This document shows positions 38,101 to 45,467 of a stretch of 45,467 nucleotides of DNA, one piece after another. Each line of letters opens with the position of its first letter. Position 1 is the stretch's first letter. The notes below the pieces were generated by a model. It was not told the origin of the DNA, searched no databases, and was given only the letters and a program-made list of their open reading frames with translations. The position numbers were made by a program, and so were the translations under genes. This DNA is from Seison nebaliae (taxonomy: Eukaryota): the NCBI GenBank assembly GCA_023231475.1, contig JALJEE010000990.1, positions 1 through 45,467 of the forward strand. The letters are read 5' to 3'.

Positions 38101-41032
38101 GAGAAAGAGATAAATTCGATTGATCAAAAATCATCAGAAAATCATCAGCAAAATCATCAAATACATGACTCATTCAGTTATTATAACGAGATGACAAGAA
38201 CGAAAATTGAATTATTACAATTAACATATTCAACTCCCATTTCACAACGTCAACAACAACAACAACAACAACAATCTCAACAAAATCGAGTATTAATTTT
38301 TATCGATTCCATTTTATCGATGGGAATAATTTTGATGAATTCGAAGTTATTAGGAAATAAAATAAAATTTCCAATCGATTCATTAATTGAATTCCTTTTG
38401 GAATTAATCTCTTTTTATCGTTGTAATGAATTTACTTATCGTCTACTCATCGAATTAGCTACTCAACATCAACTTTATATGAGAAGTTCGATGATAATGA
38501 AACGATTAATGGAAATTAATGGAACAATATCAGCTGTCACTTATGCAAGATATAATCAATTGATGGCAGAATGGAAATCGGATGAATCTGAATCATTTTG
38601 TGGTTCATCTACTCGAATGAATTGTGGGAATAGTGGAGAGCAATCGATTGGCGAATCATCAGGAATTGAGTCAACAATAAATCGGATTTCTGAAGAAGGA
38701 AAACCATCGTCAACATTATCGATATCAGAAAATTTTGTAGAGAATCCAAATCAAATTAAAATGGGAAATAATCATCCAATAATTTATGAGAATGGTGTCA
38801 ATTCACGAATTGGGAAAAATGATGAGAATTCTTCAATTACTCCTAATTGTCATGAGAATTTTCAGAATGATCATTCAAATTCTTTTCAAAATTCTCCTCA
38901 ATCTAATAATTGTGAAATTGAAGATAATGATCAATTTCCAAGAGGTGATGGTGAGAAATCATCATCACATGAAAGTGGTATAGAGGAAACGATAAAATTC
39001 GATTTAAACCATGATGTCATTGTACGTGAAGAAGATGTTGTTGTTGTTGTTGATGAGGAGGAGGAGGAGAAATTGAAGATTAATAAAGTTCAAAATAAAG
39101 ATGATGGTGAAATGTCATTAAATGATGATATATTATCATCATCATTGAAGAATTCGTTGAGAAAAAATGATCGAACGGAAATCTCTTTAAAATCTTATCA
39201 ATGTATGGCAACTCAAACTGAAGAGGAAGAAAAGATGAATTCAAAAAAGATTTCACATTCCAAATCGACAACACTCGATACAAATGCCTCATTCGTTTCT
39301 CTTCATCGATCAACTAATTTGATGAATACTAAAGTGAAATTGAAATTTATGTCTCCATCTAAACGGTTAATGGAATCACTCACTCCCAAAAGTATGGTCA
39401 TGTCAAGTAAAAGTATCTTCCAAACGACTAAATCGTGGTTGACTCCCAATCGCTCTTCAACTACTTCGAATAGTCCTAAAACAAAAAAAAATTTAAAAAA
39501 CAATTCTTCTGATACCATTTCCATTTCATCTACTCCCATCCAAACGAAACAAATTGATGAGCTCAATCAACGACGTACATCACTTCATGCATCCATCAAT
39601 TCATTAAGTAACGGTTCCGATTCCGTTGGGATGGATTTAGCGGCATCTATTAATAGTAATTCGTTAGTGAAAGACGATGTCACATTTCCCAAACGAGTCG
39701 AACAATTATTCGAAAAATATTTCGAATCATCTTTAGAAAGTAAATCGTTTGAAATGGATAATTTCTCATTGAATTGTGATGAGAAGAAAGATGATAATAA
39801 TGTCGATGATCCGATATTGGACAATCCGATAAATTCCCCTAAAGAATTTATGAAAACTTTAACAAAGAATGAGAATTTAGATGGGAAATCATCAACGATG
39901 AGAAAAAAAAAGATAAATTTTATCGTTTGTATCAAATGTGATCGTTGTGGTAATTTGTATTATGATCTCGATATTTTTGGAATGTGGCAATTGGGAAAAG
40001 ATGTTTTAGAAATCGAATGTGAACATTGTGCTGATAATTATCAGAAAGAGAAAGATTCTCTCATGACCACATCATTTTCAGCACTCGATATCGGAGCATT
40101 ATCCATGTCTCATGGATCGTTGATTCCTCGATTGACAGTGGAGATGATGGATGAGGAAGAAATGGAGAATTATGAGAGTTCTCATGTAATTCTCTTATCG
40201 CCTATACATTTATTGAAGAAATTAGAGAAATTAATTGAAACGGAAAGTAACATCTATGAACATCGTGCTTATCTTTTTTGGAATTTAGTCTATTATTTGC
40301 GACGATGTAATTTCCATCATCTCATCGATTTCTCACCATTCATTCACCATATACTTCCTCATATGAAGAATGAACAAAATTCTTCTAATGATTCAACTAA
40401 CTCGTCATCTTCATCATTTCATTCTTCAATTGAACAATTGTTCAATCACCCCACAACCGACAACGACCATAAAGTGGATGATCCGGAGAAGAATGAATAT
40501 GAATTTCAATTGAAAATGGATATCGATAATTTTCATCCATCAGAAGCATTACCGCTCTACGTTTTATGGCAACAGAAAAGTTGGAGTTTTTTCTTCAAAA
40601 ATTAACTTGTAAATTTTTCATGTAAATTTAGACAAATATTATGAAGGCTTAGAATTAGACGATCTCGATCACATTATCGTGAGTGGATGTCGAATGAAGA
40701 ATCTTATCCAAATCGTCGAACAGTTACAAATGAAGAATATGACTGTGGCATTCCAATTATATTGTATGGAACTGAAGGAGAAACATGCACAACTCAGATG
40801 TAAGTTGAGAATGCCAATTTTCCGCGAATTCCAATTACTCTATATTCAACTGAACAATGAATTGAATGTGCAACTATATGAGAATACACACGACTTCTTC
40901 CACGATTACAAGACGGCCTATACCGCCAATTTTTCTAAATATATCGAGATCATTAAAAATAAAGATTATCGACCATCAAGTGTCATTTTGAATTGTTATT
41001 TTCGTTTTGGTCTTCAGGGATTCATCATATAA
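35142..41032 (+). CDS. DENND4: DENND4/CRAG-like Rab GEF (MABP + uDENN/cDENN/dDENN + C-terminal region, ~1710 aa)
   Basis: Exons 35142-36241, 36287-36415, 36769-36913, 36965-37372, 37630-40579 and 40632-41032, all in frame. Motifs [49 protein letters not shown] and [11 protein letters not shown]. Confidence 0.9.
36546..36750. repeat. AT-rich ~28-nt minisatellite (AAAATTTAATTTTTAATTTTTTTTCCT-like, ~7 copies) inside DENND4 intron 2
   Basis: Repeated units with variable T-run length read directly. They account for this intron being 353 nt. Confidence 0.85.
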
Positions 41033-42425
41033 TCCGGTTCCATGCACATAATTCTTATTCCATTCAATTCCCGCATTTTTCTTAATTCTTTCCCGCTTCA
41101 TCTCTCGTTTTCATTTATCATATTCTCCTATTAAATAATTTATTCATTCAATTTCCATCTTTAATAAAAAATCAGTTGATTTGGATATTCTCAATGAAAT
41201 CATTTCACATATTCTCCCTCTCACTATGATCATATGTAATTAATCCATATTAGTTTAGTTAAATTATGAAAAATTTACTTATATCTTAACATTTTATGAT
41301 TACTTAACTTTATTTCATATTGAGTCAACACGAACACTATTATTACAAACTACAATATAGATGTAAATTATGGCACATAAAATAATTCAATTACAATTCA
41401 CAGAACTTTCTTTTCCTCTTTTTCAGTTAATACGGTCCATAGAACTAAAAATTGATTTTCAACTTGAAAAAGTTTTAATCATTTTTTTAATCCAAATGAA
41501 TATTAAATGACGGTTGTAAGAATAATTTGAACTGCAGAGTCTAAACTTTCTAAACTGAAAATGACGTTTTTGCAAAGAAACAAAGAAAATTTTGCGCGCA
41601 ATTTTTCTTGCAGGAAATTGCCTATAAATGCAAACGAAATAAAACAATAGATTATTAATATTAATATTAGGAATTTTTAGTTTCAGTTGAACTTTCGAGT
41701 CAGACCACGTATCTCACCGAAAGAGGCAGCGATGTTATATGTTACATAAAAAATGGAAATGTTTTAGCGGATAAACGTTGGAACAGTTTATCCTAAGAAA
41801 AGAAGATAAACCATATACCAATACATACATCGATAATTTATCAAACGAGGTGATTTCATCAAACAAATTTGCAGTTTCATAGGAAATTTTAAATACCGAC
41901 GTAATGAGTTGAGATATTAAAATTGAAAACTAGTTGTTTGAAATATTTACTCTCAATTATTCAAAAACGAAATGGAAGATTAATCTTCCTCAATAATCTC
42001 TTATTTCTCTCATAATTGTCAATATGAAATATTTACTCTCAAGTAGCAATTGTTACTTATGTTGTCGATCGTGTAACAAATTCCCAAATTCTAAAAGTTA
42101 TGGATATGGAAATAACCATATAATGTTGAAAATAGTCAATTGTTGACATCACGAAATTTTCTTAAATTTTATGTTCATTTTCTCTCATTTTTATTCTAAT
42201 TTTAATACAACAATTCAAAAATATCAATTAATTTAATATATTAAAATTTTATCTACTTTTCAACAACGGTCCTATTCCTTTTGATTTACTGAATCGAATA
42301 ATTTTGGTTATGAAAAAAAGGACAATTCTCCTTCGTTTTTCACTGAGAATATGTAGGAACATTTTCATTATCAATCATTAAACATATTTAATCGCATAAA
42401 TTTTTATGACATTTATAAAATCCGT

Positions 42426-43205
42426 TTAAATATATGATAGGAAAATTTGGTATCCTGTTGCAGTAACTAAAGGGTGACTAAAATAACAGTCTCCCCAGAA
42501 CTCTGTTAGAGCTTTGCCCATTTTTCGGAAAAGAGACCCATCCATTGATGTGCTACCATCGTTGTTACATTTTTTTAAACTACCACTATCAAAATCATTG
42601 TATATCTCTGCACCAACTTTCAGTTTGTTATTTGAATCGATATAACAACCACAATTTTTCGCAGTTCTATCTATTGGGTATCCATAGCCATTATGGGTGT
42701 AATTGAAAATTACTTCTAAACAAATTGGTTTTTCTTGGGTCATACTTTGCAGAATTGAAAGTCCGAGAAAGTAATTATCGTCCTGGTTAAAACCCTCATT
42801 ATACTGAGCTCCATTGTAAGTTCTGAAATTAATTATTTTTGCAAATAAAATTTTGTCTCCATCGATTTGTAGTGTATCAAGTTTTGAGATCAGTGGAAAG
42901 TATTCTGACAAAAGAAGTGTAGGTTTATAAAAATATTAGTTGTTTTAACCTTTCCTAATGAACATATTCTCATTCAAATCTTCCAAATTTGTTATAACAG
43001 AACCTGTGGTAGTATTCTCAAATCCCAAACATTGGTCAGATATAGCACATTTAAGTGCGAGACATTGAATATTGGGAATAATCATTAAAAATGTTTTAGT
43101 TGGTACAAAACGTAAAATTGTTTCTCCCACGTTACTTGAAATCAATTTAAATGATATGATAAATATTGTCAACAATAAATACCAATAGTTAATCTGTAAA
43201 AACAT
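42426..43205 (-). CDS. Secreted protein of unknown function with short PAN/apple-like Cys motif (~244 aa)
   Basis: Exons 43205-42950 and 42904-42426 are joined by a 45-nt GTTAAA..CAG phase-1 intron. Hydrophobic N-terminus and IQCLALKCAISDQCLGF motif. Confidence 0.65.
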
Positions 43206-44237
43206 TGTGATCACTGAATACGAGAAGTCGAATTTCGTTTAAAAATAAGTGTGAAAGAATATGGAAAACATTTAATCATTTTATAGAAATTTGGTTGCTA
43301 TGTAGGCAAATCTGTTGGCAAAAGTGAAACCGAAACTTGTTGCTCTTGGTAATATTCTGGTAAATTAAACTTTTCCTAAATATTCTTGCGCAGAAAAAAG
43401 TTCTATTTTCACTTAATAATTCCTAAATGTCCATATTACATACATTTTAAAATTCACATTTATTGTTGTGGAATAATTTGAATCTTGATATGACTTTCCT
43501 GGGAGACCAATTTGTAAGTCTACTGTGTCTACTTTTCTTAGAACTATTCAGAGTACTCTGTTTCTCCTCATTTCCTCAAATTTGGGAAAAATAAAATTCT
43601 AAAATAAATAAACTTAACAGTAAAGTTTTTTATGAAGTGGGTTTGGAGAGCATCTGGATGTCATACGAAGATGATAAAAAAAATGTAACTTATTCAGAAT
43701 TACAACAATAAAGAATAATTGATTAGTTCTTCATTCGAATAGGAAATAAGTCGACTAGGAAGCCTTGACGGCTTCCTATAGTTAACTGATAATGAGTTTG
43801 AAAACTCTGATAAATTCCATTGGCAAACCTATGAAGTCGTATGCTGGTATCTATATGGTGCTATATGCTTATATCTAAGTGATGGCTGGTATATAAGCAA
43901 ACAACCTCCGACCAATAATTAGATTATAAATGAGAAGAGAATTAAACCGTCTAAAAAGAATATCAAATCCAGAAATCGAAATGGTTCTTCATCTTCCTTC
44001 TCTGGTGAAGCTGTATCAGACTGTGTTAAAGAATATTTTTTGTGATATCATAAAAAACAAAAGAATATCAAATCTACATCAATAATATATGACGTTAACC
44101 GTCAAATAGATAACATATCAATAATCAACAACGTAGGTTTAATTTACCATAGTTGATTTTGTCCGAAATAGTCATTGCTTCTCTATATTAGACGAATTCG
44201 TTTGATTCCTACTGATATTCGTATATCAGTAAGTCAG

Positions 44238-44321
44238 GTTCGTAGAATGAAAATTCAAGTTCGTAAAATTAAAATTCAAGTTCGTATAATTAAAATTCAA
44301 GTTCGTAAAATGTAAATTCAA
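44238..44321. repeat. 21-nt tandem repeat (GTTCGTAAAATTAAAATTCAA-like) x4
   Basis: Four near-identical adjacent copies. Confidence 0.9.
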
Positions 44322-44827
44322 GTTTCTGAGATGAAATAAAGTGAGATGTTGATATCGACAAAACCCTAATTGTTTATTTAATCGACTGTAACAAGATCAT
44401 TTTTTTGACATTAAATAGAGTTTAATTAACATGGGCATATATTTAAAATGTTTTATGAGATTGGTATAGAATCTATAGTCTATAGTATAGACTCTATACT
44501 ATAGTCTCTGAGGGATCGCAAGAAAAAATGAAACTTTTGAAATCTTGGAGAAGAATATCGCGAGATAAATCGTAGTTGATAATTCTATTTGATTTGAGAA
44601 AATTATGAAATTTCCATATGATAATTTGTTGAAATTATAAAATTTGAATAATTCGATGGTTCAATTCCAACTGTGGAATATTAGCATAATTTTGATTTAT
44701 AAATAACATGATAAATCAAATAGGCGGAACAACAAGATATGTTACTGAGAAAATTAAAAGTTATCAACTATAAATAGAATGAAAATTTAACTTAAATTTT
44801 ATTACCTTATAATATTATTGAGGCAAA

Positions 44828-45211
44828 ATGAAGTTTTTATGCATCGTTCTTATTTCAATCTTCTGCATTTCAGCTGTTAGTAATTTAGAATGTTATTATA
44901 ATTATTCATTTATCTAATCCCGTTTTTTTGTAATTAGAACTGTACAAAATTGGTCTTTGCTCGTGACTTGTTGAGGATGTGCTCAAAAGTACGTGATGTT
45001 TTCGGTCCTTTCGATCCTGCTATAAAGCAAACTATGATAGTTCATAACAATATTTTTTACCATTTTTAATTATTTTTTTTCTTTAAAGGATTTGAAGATG
45101 TTCCCTAAACTATCATACACTAAGCAGTATGATATAGATAGAGCTCCTAGTTTCAAACACGCGTGTGCAGCAATCAACAGACTTTCTAAAACCACAAAGA
45201 TGCGTCGCTAA
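44828..45211 (+). CDS. Small secreted cationic peptide (90 aa, three exons)
   Basis: Exons 44828-44875 (signal peptide MKFLCIVLISIFCISA), 44938-45039 and 45089-45211, joined by phase-0 GTT..AG introns of 62 and 49 nt. AATAAA follows the stop. Absent from the ORF track. Confidence 0.72.
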
Positions 45212-45467
45212 TAAATTGCGTAAATGAAACGGAAGTTGAAAAATAATCTCAATTTAGATTTTTGTTTTATTTTTAAATAAATTCATTTTATTTATTTATT
45301 TATTATAAAATCAAATTAAAAATAAAATGAGATAGATCACTGTACATGTTATCAGTGATAAGTTTTCAAAAAACCTACGTCGATTTTATCTCTTAAGTGA
45401 TCAAAATAATTGAACAAGTGATAAAAAATAGGTTTAAGACAAATCTATATTCTTCCAAGATCCAATG

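Noticed and set aside
43630..44045. Pseudogene or transposon ORF remnant
   Set aside because: Coding-like stretches with stops but no recognisable motif; cannot be called.
44238..44321. CRISPR-like array
   Set aside because: Adjacent repeats without spacers, no cas genes, eukaryotic context.
1..45467. snRNA/tRNA/rRNA genes, autonomous transposons, or an alternative genetic code
   Set aside because: None recognised by eye, and all gene models translate cleanly with the standard code. A covariance-model search would be needed to exclude small RNAs.

Overview
This is AT-rich eukaryotic DNA from a compact invertebrate-type animal genome; the species cannot be fixed from sequence alone. I reconstructed 14 protein-coding genes, 11 of them spliced. 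They are a Nek8/9-like kinase, a small membrane protein, two tandem SNAP-25 genes plus a distant extra first exon, a Cys-rich surface protein, a REEP/DP1/Yop1 protein, a heme peroxidase, DGAT2/MOGAT, a protein with two ARID domains, SYAP1/BSD, neutral sphingomyelinase, DENND4/CRAG and two small secreted orphans. The main signal is the splicing code. All 35 reconstructed coding introns, plus the donor of the extra SNAP-25 exon (36/36), begin GTT rather than GTA/GTG, and positions +4 to +6 are largely degenerate. Most introns are 42-68 nt. This points to a spliceosome with altered 5' splice-site recognition. Also notable: a probable GT-AC intron in SNAP-25; a SNAP-25 locus with two first exons and two gene bodies; an operon/trans-splicing-like 124-nt spacer; and an ARID1-type domain duplication where only one copy has the intron. 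All gene models are manual and need transcript confirmation.
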